Assembly (NCBI GenBank): GCA_963745155.1
Contig: CAVUWO010000003.1
Coordinates: 114,366 to 178,365, forward strand
Direction of reading: 5' to 3'
DNA length: 64,000 nt
From: an uncultured Pseudomonadota bacterium
GTDB taxonomy: Bacteria; Pseudomonadota; Alphaproteobacteria; Rhizobiales; Xanthobacteraceae
Below are positions 20,187 through 30,800 of this stretch, piece by piece. The notes under the pieces were generated by a model that saw only the letters and a program-made list of their open reading frames with translations, was not told where the DNA came from and did no database searches. The position numbers were made by a program, and so were the translations under genes. The first letter of the stretch is position 1, and every line of letters starts with the position of its first letter.

Positions 20187-21095
20187 CTAAGCGGGGCGCT
20201 CGTCGAGCCAGCGCTCGTTGCGCAACGCCTGCGTTAATTGCCGCGCCGCCGTGGTGACGTCGCGCGACTTGCCGGTGTGCATCGCCTCGACCACCAGCGC
20301 GCGGGCGAACGTCCAGCGCGGCCGGCGCGCCAATTCGGGCGGTACGTGGCGGTCGATGAAGGCAAGCGCTTCCTTGAGCGTGCCGATGCGGATGCGCACA
20401 CCCGGCGCGGACACACCGATCGCCGTCGGAAGCCCCGCCGCATCCGTCGCTGCCGCGCCCTTGGCAACCGGACGCTCCGGCTTGGGCCTTCGCGCGCGCC
20501 GGCCCGCGGCCGCTTCGACTTTCCGTTCCGCCGGAATGGCATAGACGCGCATTGGCCGGGCGATGTTCTTGAGTTCCTTTTCGCCGGCGTCGATGAACTG
20601 TTCGCCGAGGCGGTCGCGGACCTGGCGGTAGGCGTCTTCGGAGAGCGAGATGCCGCCCGGCTCGGCGATGCCTTCGAGCCGTGCCGCGATGTTGACGCCG
20701 TCGCCGAGGAGATCGCCGTCCGGCAGCGTGACCACGTCGCCGAGGTGAACGCCGATGCGAAATGCGATGCGCTGCTCCGCCGAATCGCCGGCACCATGCT
20801 CGGCCACGCCGCGCTGAATCTCGATGGCGGCGCGGACGGCGTCGACGACGCTCGGAAATTCGATCAGAAAGCCGTCGCCCATGGTTTTGACCACGCGGCC
20901 GCGGTGGCGGTCGATGGCGGGCTCGATGAGATCCCCGCGCAGCGCGCGCAAGCGCCGCAGCGTGCCTTCCTCGTCCGCCCCGGTCAGCCGCGAATAGCCG
21001 ACGACGTCCGCCGCCAGGATCGCAGCCAGTTTTCTTTCGACGTTTTCCACGAGTCCCGGACGACGCTCCATCCCGTATCGATGTCTCCCCACCAT
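20187..21095 (-). CDS. class III adenylate/guanylate cyclase domain protein with an uncharacterised C-terminal domain
   Basis: Motifs LAAILAADVVGYSRL, KTMGDGFLIEF and GDGVNIAARLE. ATG 21071 is an alternative start. Confidence 0.8.
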   Translation of the reverse strand: MVGRHRYGMERRPGLVENVERKLAAILAADVVGYSRLTGADEEGTLRRLRALRGDLIEPAIDRHRGRVVKTMGDGFLIEFPSVVDAVRAAIEIQRGVAEHGAGDSAEQRIAFRIGVHLGDVVTLPDGDLLGDGVNIAARLEGIAEPGGISLSEDAYRQVRDRLGEQFIDAGEKELKNIARPMRVYAIPAERKVEAAAGRRARRPKPERPVAKGAAATDAAGLPTAIGVSAPGVRIRIGTLKEALAFIDRHVPPELARRPRWTFARALVVEAMHTGKSRDVTTAARQLTQALRNERWLDERPA

Positions 21096-21333
21096 TCAAT
21101 GCCCCGTGGGTTCCATCGGTTCCGGAAGCGCTGGAAGGTTTGGCCGCTCCCGGCTCCCTCTTGCCGCATGCGGCACACGGCGGGGCGAGGTGAAAAACAC
21201 GCTGTCGTTCTCGCGGCGCCCCTTCGCGCCCGAGTCATGTCGACGACCAAGCAAACGAATAAAGGCCGGGCGTGATCTTCGTCAGATGGCGCCGGTGGTG
21301 GGACCGGGGCCATCACGATCAAGCACGGATAGA

Positions 21334-21429
21334 CCTCGTCATTGCGAGGAGCGTTTGCGACGAAGCAATCCAGAACTCTGTGCCGCCGACCCTGGATTGC
21401 TTCGCCGCTTTGCGGTTCGCAATGACGAA
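21334..21429. repeat. REP/MITE-like nested palindromic element, copy 2
   Basis: The sequence cctcgtcattgcgaggagcg..gacgaagcaatccag...ctggattgcttcgcc..cgcaatgacga belongs to the same family as 1685-1813 and 33107-33192. Confidence 0.85.
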
Positions 21430-22041
21430 AAGGAAAGCGGAACGCCGAAAGACGCTGTTGCGTGACCTCCGCGCCCTCGCGGGCGCGGCGCGCGCCCCTT
21501 GCGGGCCGCTCGCCTCTCGGCGTTCCACCACGGCACTTGCGGCAGCGACCGAACGCCACCGCTCAGCTCGAGCCACGCGACTTCCTGGGTACTCGTTCGG
21601 AGCGCCCGCCCCGATGGTTCGAAAGACGGAGCGCATCGCAACGCACGACGCGAAACCGACAACCGGTCTCCATGCGTCACTCGCGGGCGTTACCCGCGCC
21701 TTACTGTCCCAGTCCAGCGAGATTGCACCCGCAGTCCGGTCATGATGCCGTCCGGGCGTGTCTTGCCCAAGCCGCCCGGGAGCCGAGGTGACGAGCCTCG
21801 ACCCGCGGGAACCGCACTCGCCCCGCCGGACGGAGTCACCCGGCCGGCGTCCTGGTACGGGGGCGAGATTCGCTCGTCTTGTACCGCAATCGAGGACGGA
21901 TTGTCAAGAGATGGTCGCTGCATCGGAGACCGCCAAGCGTCGCGGCCGGCATGACATCGCGGCGGCCGCGTCGCTCCAGTTAATTAAATGCACTGGCACC
22001 GTAGCGGTAAAGCGACATCCGGATCGGCGCCGGGTAGGGGC

Positions 22042-22335
22042 TTATTCGCCTCCCTGCCACGGTCGCCGTGACGTATGGCGAATGTGCTGGATGCGTATCC
22101 GATCTTCCAGCACGCGATAGAAAATCTTGAAGGGATACCGAGCAAGCGGGACGACGTGCACGCCTGGGCGTTGTTCGATCTCCGGCGCACTCAGCGGGTT
22201 TCTGCCGATGCTGTCGATCAGCGTCCGTATGCGGATTTCAAGCGCTTCGGCGACGCTGTCACCGAATGCGCGGCGGCTGTCGGCGGAAATTTTTCGAAGA
22301 TCGGCGACGGCGCGTTTGGAGTATTCAACCTTCAT
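22042..22335 (-). CDS. type II toxin, ParE/RelE family
   Basis: 97-aa protein. The segment YPFKIFYRVLEDRIRIQHIRHTSR is typical of a ParE C-terminus. The gene overlaps the upstream antitoxin gene by 4 nt. Confidence 0.75.
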   Translation of the reverse strand: MKVEYSKRAVADLRKISADSRRAFGDSVAEALEIRIRTLIDSIGRNPLSAPEIEQRPGVHVVPLARYPFKIFYRVLEDRIRIQHIRHTSRRPWQGGE

Positions 22336-22553
22336 GCACGGCGGAAGCTTCGAAACGCAGCGAGGACTTCCTCGTCACTCGCAACGCCGCTCTTGTCCGC
22401 GTCGTCAATCGCCTGCAGTTCCTCGGGCGTCGCTTGGTACACACCACGACGACGCGCTTCGATGTCGCGCGCGACTTCGGCGAGTTCGTCCTGGTCCTCG
22501 ACGGGCCAAGTCTCGGCGCGCTCCAATAAGGTCTTCAGCTGCGTGCTTGCCAT
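22332..22553 (-). CDS. putative antitoxin partner of the ParE-like toxin
   Basis: 73-aa acidic protein from ATG 22553, placed upstream of and overlapping the toxin gene. The family is not resolved from the sequence alone. Confidence 0.6.
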   Translation of the reverse strand: MASTQLKTLLERAETWPVEDQDELAEVARDIEARRRGVYQATPEELQAIDDADKSGVASDEEVLAAFRSFRRA

Positions 22554-22623
22554 GAAAGAAAATATAGCACGGTAATTCTCGCTGGGCCACGTGCCCGCAG
22601 ATTTGCCGACTACCATTGATTGA

Positions 22624-22641
22624 TTGGCGACCCCGCCTGGA
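22624..22641. repeat. distal att-like direct repeat (copy of the tRNA-Arg 3' end)
   Basis: Exact 18-nt match to 27623-27640. Confidence 0.85.
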
Positions 22642-22806
22642 AGGCCGGAAGCCTTCACCAAATGCCTGTGAAATCTGAATAACTGCGCTGTCCTGCCAAG
22701 TCGATTGATACCACCGGGTGATCCCACCGGCAACCTGCAAAAGTAGACAGGGCGCGGTTCTCCCGCATACGCTGTGGATCAGGCGCGGCAAGGGGAGGGG
22801 CAAACT

Positions 22807-23412
22807 GTGAGGAAGATTGTAGTTGCGCTTTGCTTTTTTGCGCTTGCGGGAACGGTCGCGCGCGCGAACTCTTGTGCGAATGTGGACGTAATAGGCACAT
22901 ACGACGAGAGCGGATTGCGAGAAAGCCGCTATGGGATATTTGCGGCTGGAACTTTTCGAATTGCCGGCGAAGAGAACGAAGAGAAACAGCCTATGTTCAA
23001 CCTCACAACAGTAAATTGCAAACCCGATGCCGGGGGAAGCAATTTTGAATGCGAAGTCCAAAGGGCCGTTGTGTATGCCAGTGCGGCTAAACCCGACCCA
23101 GACAGCCCAAACTGTTCGCTCGATCTCGACGTTTCCACGTATTCAATGAAGCAGATCGGGAGTGGTGTTCTTACAGGGATGGTGGTCAACTCTAGCGCCT
23201 GCTACAACTCGATACTAACAGTAGATCGAAATACCAAGAGAGTGTATATGTCGTTCACGCAAACGAGATCAGCAGGCAAGTACGATAAGATTTGTGGGGT
23301 GGGTCCGCCGCCTACAGAGGTGCTGATGAACTGCACCTCGTGGCCACGAATTCGAAAGGGCGGCAAGACACAGGGGCGTTATTGTGATTTTAGTGGCGCT
23401 GAGGCTAAATAG
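22807..23412 (+). CDS. hypothetical secreted Cys-rich protein (island cargo)
   Basis: A GTG 22807 start gives the signal peptide VRKIVVALCFFALAGTVARA. The mature part has 8 Cys. GC is clearly lower than in the flanks. I do not recognise the family. Confidence 0.55.
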   Translation: MRKIVVALCFFALAGTVARANSCANVDVIGTYDESGLRESRYGIFAAGTFRIAGEENEEKQPMFNLTTVNCKPDAGGSNFECEVQRAVVYASAAKPDPDSPNCSLDLDVSTYSMKQIGSGVLTGMVVNSSACYNSILTVDRNTKRVYMSFTQTRSAGKYDKICGVGPPPTEVLMNCTSWPRIRKGGKTQGRYCDFSGAEAK

Positions 23413-23439
23413 AGCCTAGCCCCGCGCGTTAGCCGACAC

Positions 23440-24111
23440 CTACGTCCTTGCCAACACATTGCTGACAGTCATCGCGTACCAACGTCCCCCGCGCGCCGTC
23501 GAAACACCGCGCGCATTCAAGGCGTCCGCAATCTCCCGCAGCGTTGACGCGCCGGCCCGCTGTATCTCGCGAATGAGGGGCAGCACATTCGCAGCGTGGT
23601 TGTCCGCCGTCGCTTCAATGACGCCAAGGGCCACCTTACGCGCTTGTGCCAACTTAGGCCCTCCAAGCTTCACACCGCGCGCCTTGGCTGCCGCAAGGGC
23701 CGCCTTTGTCCGCACGCTAATCATCGCCCGCTCTTTCTCCGCCAACGCCGCGAACAGGTGCAGAATGAACGGGTCAACGTCGGACCCTAGTTCGGCCACC
23801 AGAAACGGAACGCGGTGCGCCATTAGGCCCGAAATGAAATGCACATCGCGGCTCAGCCGGTCTAGCTTTGCTACGGCGACCGAACAGCGCTTGCGGCGCG
23901 CCTCAGCCAATGCGGCGGCCAGCTGCGGCCTGCGGTCCAACGCGTCGCTGCCTTTGCCTGTCTCGACTTCAACGAACACGCGGACAAGCTCAAAGCCCTC
24001 AGCCTGAGCGAACCGGTCCAACGCCTCTTGCTGCGCTTCAATGCCCAGACCTGAGCGTCCCTGCGTTGCCGTTGAGACGCGAACGTATCCAATGAGCGGT
24101 TTGGTGGTCAC
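23440..24111 (-). CDS. serine recombinase (resolvase/invertase family)
   Basis: Catalytic N-terminus [12 protein letters not shown]...GLGIEAQQ, the segment [11 protein letters not shown], and a C-terminal [22 protein letters not shown] 24111 start is favoured. The longest ORF extends to 24168. Confidence 0.85.
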   Translation of the reverse strand: MTTKPLIGYVRVSTATQGRSGLGIEAQQEALDRFAQAEGFELVRVFVEVETGKGSDALDRRPQLAAALAEARRKRCSVAVAKLDRLSRDVHFISGLMAHRVPFLVAELGSDVDPFILHLFAALAEKERAMISVRTKAALAAAKARGVKLGGPKLAQARKVALGVIEATADNHAANVLPLIREIQRAGASTLREIADALNARGVSTARGGRWYAMTVSNVLART

Positions 24112-24378
24112 GACTGCCTCCGGGTTGCCTCTGTATAGAAACAGTACGTTCGTTTTGATTTTATACAAACAGGCATGAACGCATGGCTCCCGGCCGTGTC
24201 ATGTGTTTTGGGAATCCCTCGCGCGCTCCGCATAGGCCCTGAGCGCCTCTTGGACGCCTTAGTGTGTTTCGGCGTGCAAATTTGACCCCGTGAGCTGGGG
24301 GATCGGCGTCCAAAATTGACCCCCTGAGGTGTAGCCGTCGCAGGCTTCCCGCTTTGATTCGAAGCGGGTGGTCAGGGG

Positions 24379-25878
24379 ATGCTGGTTGTGGAGACGATTG
24401 CGCGGATTCGGCGCGAGCATTTCGTCAAGGGCAAGACGATCAAGGAGATCGCACGGGACCTTGGGGTGTCCCGAAACACTGTTCGCAAGGTTCTGCGATC
24501 AGGAGAGACGTCGTTCGAATACGAGCGGACCGTGCAGCCGCGGCCGAAGCTTGGGCGATGGACAGCGGAACTCGACGCTTTCCTGGAAGGCAACGCGGTC
24601 AAGCCGGCTCGCGAGCAACTGACGCTGATCCGGATTTACGAGGAGCTACGGAGTCGTGGCTATGCGGGCAGCTACGATGCGGTGCGCCGCTATGCGGGGC
24701 GATGGGCCAAGCAGCACGGGCAAGCGACGGCGGCGGCCTACGTGCCGCTGAGTTTTGCGCCCGGGGAAGCCTACCAGTTCGATTGGAGCCACGAGATTGT
24801 CCTGCTGAGCGGCGTGACGGTGACCGTCAAGGTGGCTCATATCCGGCTCTGCCACAGCCGCATGCTGTTCGTACGCGCCTATCCGCGCGAGACACAGGAG
24901 ATGGTGTTCGATGCCCACGACCGGGCATTCGCGTTCTTCAAGGGCGCGTGCCGGCGCGGCATCTACGACAACATGAAGACGGCGGTGGAGACGATCTTCG
25001 TTGGCAAGGACCGTCTGTACAATCGTCGCTTCCAGCAGATGTGCAGCCATTACCTGATCGATCCGGTGGCCTGCACGCCGGCCTCGGGCTGGGAGAAGGG
25101 GCAGGTCGAGAACCAAGTCGGGCTGGTCCGGGAGCGCTTCTTCACGCCGCGCCTGCGGTTCAAGACGCTCGACGAGTTGAACGACTGGCTCACCGACAAA
25201 TGCGTCGGCTATGCCAAGGCACACCGCCATCCAGAGCTGTCCGATCAGACGATCTGGGAGGTGTTCGAGGCCGAACGGCCGAAGCTCGTTCCCTATGCCG
25301 GCCGCTTCGATGGATTCCACGCGCTACCGGCGTCGGTCTCCAAGACCTGCCTGGTGCGCTTCGACAACAACAAATACTCGGTGACCGCCAGCGCGGTCGG
25401 GCGGCCGGTCGAGGTTCATGCCTATGCCGATCGCATCGTCATTCGCCAGGACGGTCGCGTCGTCGGCGAGCACCGGCGCTCATTCGGCCGCGGCGACACG
25501 ATCTACGATCCCTGGCATTACGTGCCGGTGCTCGCTCGCAAACCCGGTGCCTTGCGCAACGGTGCTCCCTTCAAGGATTGGGTGCTGCCGGCTGCGATGG
25601 AGCGCATTCGGCGCAAGCTTGCCGGCGCCGATGACGGCAATCGGCAGATGGTCAGCATCCTGACCGCGGCAATCACCGACGGGCTGCCGGCTGTCGAGGC
25701 GGCATGCGCCGAAGCAATTGTACAGGGCGTCCACTCCGCTGATGTTGTGCTCAACATCCTGGCGCGCCAGCGCAATCCCGATCCGCCTCCCACCATCATG
25801 ACGCCGGTCGCACTGACGCTGCGCCACGCCCCGATCGCCGATTGTGCCCGCTACGACAACCTCAGGAGAACCGTCTGA
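24379..25878 (+). CDS. istA: IS21-family transposase IstA
   Basis: 499-aa protein. N-terminal [23 protein letters not shown], then a DDE core (YQFDWS...). The stop overlaps the istB ATG (ATGA). Confidence 0.95.
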   Translation: MLVVETIARIRREHFVKGKTIKEIARDLGVSRNTVRKVLRSGETSFEYERTVQPRPKLGRWTAELDAFLEGNAVKPAREQLTLIRIYEELRSRGYAGSYDAVRRYAGRWAKQHGQATAAAYVPLSFAPGEAYQFDWSHEIVLLSGVTVTVKVAHIRLCHSRMLFVRAYPRETQEMVFDAHDRAFAFFKGACRRGIYDNMKTAVETIFVGKDRLYNRRFQQMCSHYLIDPVACTPASGWEKGQVENQVGLVRERFFTPRLRFKTLDELNDWLTDKCVGYAKAHRHPELSDQTIWEVFEAERPKLVPYAGRFDGFHALPASVSKTCLVRFDNNKYSVTASAVGRPVEVHAYADRIVIRQDGRVVGEHRRSFGRGDTIYDPWHYVPVLARKPGALRNGAPFKDWVLPAAMERIRRKLAGADDGNRQMVSILTAAITDGLPAVEAACAEAIVQGVHSADVVLNILARQRNPDPPPTIMTPVALTLRHAPIADCARYDNLRRTV

Positions 25879-26741
25879 TGGAACGATCCGAGCTCTTCGA
25901 CCTCATGGGCGAACTTCAGCTCCATGGCATGAAGGCCGCCTTCGACGAGATCATGGCCACCGCGATCAAACGCCAGCACGAACCGCAGCGCATCATCGGC
26001 GACCTGCTCACCGCCGAGATCAACGAGAAGCAGGCTCGCTCGATCAAATACCAGCTCACTATCGCCAAGCTGCCGCTCGCCAAGGACCTCGACGACTTCC
26101 AGTTCGACGGTACGCCGACCAACGAGACCCTGGTGCGCGATCTCGCCGGCGGCGGCTTCATCGCCCAGCAGCGCAACGCTGTCCTGGTCGGCGGCACCGG
26201 CACCGGCAAGACGCATCTTGCCATCGCAATTGCCAGAAGCTGCATCAGAGCAGACGCACGAGGCCGCTTCTACAACGTCGTCGATCTGGTCAATCGGCTC
26301 GAGGCCGAGACTCGCAACGCGCGGCAGGGTCGCATTGCCGATCACCTGACCCGCATGGACTTCGTCATCCTCGACGAACTTGGCTATCTGCCCTTCGCCC
26401 AGGCTGGCGGGCAGCTCCTGTTCCATCTCATCAGTCGCCTCTACGAGCGCACCTCGATCATCGTCACCACCAATCTCGCCTTCGGCGAATGGCCGAACGT
26501 CTTCACCGACGCCAAGATGACGACCGCGCTGCTCGATCGCCTCACTCACCACTGCGATATCATCGAAACCGGCAATGACAGTTGGCGCTTCAAAACTCGG
26601 GCCGAGGATCATGCGACCCGCGCTCGCGCCGTCTCCGCAACCCCGACCAGCTCCGACGGCGCGAGCGCTACCACCCGGACACGCCGCACGAAGGGGTCAA
26701 AATTGGACGCCGATCAGGGGTCAATTTTGAACGCTGATTGA
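25878..26741 (+). CDS. istB: IS21-family helper ATPase IstB
   Basis: Motifs [13 protein letters not shown], Walker [12 protein letters not shown] and Walker [10 protein letters not shown]. Confidence 0.95.
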   Translation: MERSELFDLMGELQLHGMKAAFDEIMATAIKRQHEPQRIIGDLLTAEINEKQARSIKYQLTIAKLPLAKDLDDFQFDGTPTNETLVRDLAGGGFIAQQRNAVLVGGTGTGKTHLAIAIARSCIRADARGRFYNVVDLVNRLEAETRNARQGRIADHLTRMDFVILDELGYLPFAQAGGQLLFHLISRLYERTSIIVTTNLAFGEWPNVFTDAKMTTALLDRLTHHCDIIETGNDSWRFKTRAEDHATRARAVSATPTSSDGASATTRTRRTKGSKLDADQGSILNAD

Positions 26742-26743
26742 CA

Positions 26744-27524
26744 GCTTGATTGCGCGTGCGTATTCAACCAGCGTCTTTTCAGACCGATTGCGACCGCGTT
26801 TCCAGGCCTCAAATGTTGCCCACAACGTGTCGCCTGTCGCCCCCGGTGCGTCGCCGATAACCGCCGGTAACGGGGGTGTTTCTATTGGCTCGCCAGCGCT
26901 TCGCTGTTGGATCGAACGCAGGGCGCGGACTTCCGCCCGCAGCAGAGCAAGCCCAAGCTCTCGAAACGCGGCACTCTTCTGGTCAAGATTGACTTGGAAA
27001 GCGCTTAGAGCCTGTTCAATCTGAAAGGTAATGTGCGCGATGTTGCCTTGGGCTAATGCTGTTTCGGCTTCCGCAACAAGGCGTGGCAAGGTTTCCGCCA
27101 CTTCAAGCATCTGTCCGCCTGACAGACCAAATTCGGGCACTGGTTCGGCCCAAGGCTCGCCGGTGTTTTCATCGCGAAACGCCCGCTCAGTGTCCGGCGC
27201 CGTTCGCAGATAATCATCGTGCCCAACCAGCTTGCCTGCGTAGTGATATTCCGCCATCCGTTTGATTTCGACAGGGGACAGGTTTTGCCGCTGTGCGCGC
27301 TTAACGGTTAAACCCTTCGCGCGATCAAGTGTGTTGTCGAATTCAATGAGGACCGCCTTGGCGAGCTTGTTGGCGGCGGTGATATCCTTGGTGCCCAGCG
27401 ACCGCTTAAGCCAAGTCTGCCGTGCCTTGCCGTTGCCGAGCACGCGCGCAACCGCTTCCTGAAGGCCGGCGGGGACCTTCTTTCTGGCGTAGTAGGTGCC
27501 GTGCCGATCCTTGCTGATACCCAT
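26744..27524 (-). pseudogene. tyrosine integrase, N-terminal fragment only (truncated by the IS21 insertion)
   Basis: The start MGISKDRHGTYYARKKVP is typical of integrases with an N-terminal DUF6538-like arm-binding region. The native sequence stops at ..TLVEYARAIK, exactly at the IS21 IRR (26743/26744). The catalytic domain is absent from the window. Confidence 0.7.
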
Positions 27525-27623
27525 CAGCAGACGCATAAAGTATCCCACCGATTTATACCACCGGGCAGGACGAAGTGCTTGAAGTTGCAAGTTATTCAAG
27601 AATGACAGGCTTGGCGTGAAGTT

Positions 27624-27699
27624 TGGCGACCCCGCCTGGATTCGAACCAGGGACCTTCAGCTTAGAAGGCTGTTGCTCTATCCCCTGAGCTACGGGGCC
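27624..27699 (-). tRNA. tRNA-Arg (anticodon UCU)
   Basis: The reverse complement GGCCCCGTAGCTCAGGGGATAGAGCAACAGCCTTCTAAGCTGAAGGTCCCTGGTTCGAATCCAGGCGGGGTCGCCA folds as a cloverleaf with anticodon loop CTTCTAA and an encoded CCA. Confidence 0.95.
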
Positions 27700-27864
27700 G
27701 AACCACCCTGCAGCGCGATCCGTACAGGATCGGTCCGGGTAGCATCCGTCCGTATAGTATAATGAATCGGGGGGCGGAATATCCCCGGTCACGACCTCGA
27801 CACGATCGTCGCCTCATATCCGCGCCGCTTGGGTGAAATTGCGCGCCCCGGGAGGAGATTACCG

Positions 27865-30800
27865 ATGCTTTGGATCATTCGCGCCGGTGTTGCCGCGGCG
27901 CTCCTCGCCTTTGCCCCGCTCGCCTTTGCCCCCTCGACCGCGAATGCCGCGGAAAAGCCGTTCCAGAACAGCGACCTCGCCGACAGCGCGATCGCGCTCG
28001 AGGCGCAGATCAAGACCGACGCCGGGGCGCCGACCAAGCCGGTGGCTCAACTTCGCCAAGACGCCAATGCGGCGTTCGCCAAGAACGATTTTCGTGCCGG
28101 CATGGCGCTGCTCGGCCAGATCGTCGCCGGTGCGCCGAACGACAGCGCGACCTGGCTGCGGCTCGCCCGCACCATCCTGCAAATCCGCCCCGCCAATGAC
28201 GACGAGCGCAAGCTGCTGACCGAGCGTGCCTCGTCGCGCCGCCTACATCGCCTACCAGCGCACCACCAGCCGGACCGAGGAGGCGGACAGCCTCGCGCTC
28301 CTCGGCAACACGCTCGCCAAGCGCGAGATGTGGCGGCCGGCGCTCGACGCGCTGCGCCTCTCGCTCGAAGGGCGCGAAGTCGCCGAGGTACGCGCGCAGT
28401 ACGAGAGGTTGCGCGAACAGCACGGCTTCCGCGTGCTCGACACCAGCGTCGACGCCGATACCGCGACGCCGCGCGCGTGCTTCCAGTTCTCGGAGGATTT
28501 GCCGGCGCGCACCGACTTCTCGCCGTTCGTCGTGGTCGGCGGCATCGACAAGCCGGCGCTCACCTCCACCGAGAAGCAGCTCTGCGTCGAAGGCCTGACC
28601 CACGGGCAGAGCTACACCGTGACGCTGCGCGCGGGTCTGCCGTCGACCGTGCACGAGACGCTGTCGAAGACCGCGGATTTTTCCGTCTATGTGCGCGACC
28701 GCAAACCGTCCGCGCACTTTTCCAGCAACGCCTATGTGCTGCCGCGCACCGGCCAGCGCGGCATTCCGGTCATCAGCGTCAACACGCGCGCGCTCGCGGT
28801 CGAAATCTACCGCGTCGGCGACCGCAATCTGATCGGCATGACCGGCGGCAACGACGCCGAGAGCGGCGACTTCAAGCGCGCGCTCAGCCGCAGCGATATC
28901 GACCGGCTCGGCGAGACGCGCGGCGTCGCGGTGTGGAAGGGCGAGCTCGCGGTCGCCGAGGCGCCGCTCAATGCCGATGTCACCACCGCGTTTCCGGTCG
29001 ACCAGGCGGTCGGCGATCTCAAGCCCGGCGTCTACGTCATGGTGGCGCAGCCGAAGGAGGTCAAAGCCGTCGACAATTACGATGCGCTGGCGACGCAATG
29101 GTTCATCGTTTCCGATCTCGGCCTCACGGCGTTCTCCGGCCATGACGGCGTCCACGCCTTCGTCAATTCGCTGGCGACCGCCGAAGGCAAAAGCGGGGTC
29201 GAGCTGCGGCTCGTTTCGCGCAGCAACGAAATATTGGCGACCCGCAAGACCGACCCGGCGGGTCACGCTCAGTTCGAAACCGGGCTGACGAGCGGGGAGG
29301 GCGGCGCCGCGCCGGCGATGCTCACCGCGTCCGATCCCTCGGGCGATTTCGCCTTTCTCAGCCTCACCGCGCCGGCGTTCGATCTCAGCGACCGCGGCGT
29401 CGGCGGGCGTCCGGCGGCGAGCGGCCTCGATGCCTTCGTCTATGCCGAGCGGGGCATCTACCGGTCGGGCGAGACCGCGTACCTCACCGCGCTGCTGCGC
29501 GACGCGCAGGGTGCCGCCGCGCTCGGCGTACCCTTGACGTTCGCGGTCGAGCGGCCGGACGGGGTCGAATATCGCCGCACGCTCGTTGCCGATCAGGGCC
29601 TCGGCGGCCACGGTCTGACGCTGCCGCTTGCCCGGTCGGCGCCGACCGGAACCTGGCATGTGCGCGCCTTCACCGATCCGAAGCGGCCGGCCGTCGGCGA
29701 GACGACGTTTCTGGTCGAGGACTATGTGCCCGACCGCATCGCGTTCGACCTGACCTCGCCGAGCGCCAAGATTTCGCAGAAGGCGCCGGCGAGCGTCGAG
29801 GTCGCCGGGCGTTTCCTCTACGGCGCGCCGGCGGCCGGGCTCGATCTCGAAGGCGACGTGACGGTCGGCATGGCCAAGGAGCGGCCGGGCTTTGCCGGTT
29901 ATCAATTCGGCCTCGCCGACGAGGAGATCGAGCCGGTCAAAACGACGCTCGACGATCTGCCGGCGACCGACGACGCAGGCAAGGCGAAATTCACCGTTAA
30001 TCTTGACAAGCCGCCCGCGAGCACCCATCCGCTCGAGGCGAAGATCGCGGTGCGCATGACCGAATCCGGCGGCCGCGCCGTCGAACGCACGCTGACGCTG
30101 CCGGTCGCGCCGGTAGCCAGCATGATCGGCGTCAAGCCGCTGTTCTCCGGCCGCGCGCTCGCCGACGGCGCCATCGCGAACTTCGATGTCGTTGCCGTCG
30201 CGCCGGAAGGCACGACGCTGGCGCAGAAGGGCCTGCATTACGAACTTCTGCGCATCGAGACGCATTATCAGTTCTACAAGCGCGACGGCAGCTGGAATTT
30301 CGAGCCGGTCAAGACCACCAAGCGCGTCGCCGACGGCGTAATCGACACCGCGGCCGACAAGCCGGCGCGCATCGCCGTGCCGGTGAATTTCGGCCGCTAC
30401 CGGCTCGAAGTGTCGAGCGCCGATCCGAACGGTCCGCTCACCTCCGTCACGTTCGATGCCGGCTTTTACGTCGAGGCCAATGCCGACACGCCCGACATGC
30501 TCGAAGTCGCGCTCGACAAGAGCGCGTACAAGCCGGGCGACACGATGACGGTCGCGGTGACCGCGCGCAACGCCGGGCGGCTCACCCTCGACGTCGTCGG
30601 CGACAAGCTCGTCGCCAGCCAAACCAGCGACGTGAAAGCGGGCGCCGCCCAGGTGAAGCTGACGGTCGGCCGTGATTGGGGCACTGGCGCTTATCTGGTC
30701 GCGACCCTGCGCCGGCCGCTTGATGCGCCGGCGCAACGGATGCCGGGCCGCGCCATCGGCGTGCAGTGGTTTTCCGTCGATCGCGCGGCGAAGACGCTCA

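Larger units (their letters stand above)
24263..26743 (+). mobile_element. IS21-family insertion sequence (2481 bp) with imperfect terminal inverted repeats
   Basis: IRL tgtgtttcggcgtgcaaatttgacccc matches the reverse complement of IRR, tgtcaatcagcgttcaaaattgacccc, at about 21 of 27 positions. Internal repeated caaaattgacccc motifs are present at both ends. The element carries intact istA and istB. Confidence 0.9.
22624..27640 (-). mobile_element. degraded integrative island at tRNA-Arg(TCT), ~5 kb, bounded by an 18-bp direct repeat
   Basis: ttggcgaccccgcctgga occurs at 22624-22641 and again at 27623-27640, where it is the tRNA 3' end. A tyrosine-integrase N-terminal fragment lies next to the tRNA. 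The island also contains a serine recombinase, IS21 and a lower-GC cargo gene. Confidence 0.8.

Noticed and set aside
19006-21095. Adjacent deaminase and nucleotide cyclase genes as a RADAR-like or CBASS-like defence pair.
   Set aside because: The deaminase is an ordinary Add/Ade enzyme of about 340 aa with full catalytic motifs. The cyclase is class III, not a CD-NTase. No ATPase or effector partner is present and the region has no mobile-element context.
21430-22041. Possible RNase P RNA, tmRNA, SRP RNA or cobalamin riboswitch in the non-coding gap.
   Set aside because: By eye I found none of the hallmark motifs on either strand: no GGAAAGTCCGG-type RNase P core, no tRNA-like 3' end or tag ORF, no SRP GGAA/AGCA helix-8 motif and no B12 box. 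I kept it only as an unexplained gap.
28010-30736. 908-aa ORF on the minus strand opposite the alpha-2-macroglobulin gene. Similar very long ORFs occur at 3486-5444, 4786-6558, 6821-8347, 16287-17873, 30992-32794, 38563-41202, 40455-43106, 42806-44869, 47907-49730, 49776-51035, 54565-55821 and 61217-62419.
   Set aside because: They are Arg/Ala/Gly/Pro-rich and low-complexity, with no recognisable motifs. Each overlaps a well-supported gene in another frame or on the other strand. These are typical shadow ORFs of high-GC DNA, where stop codons are rare.
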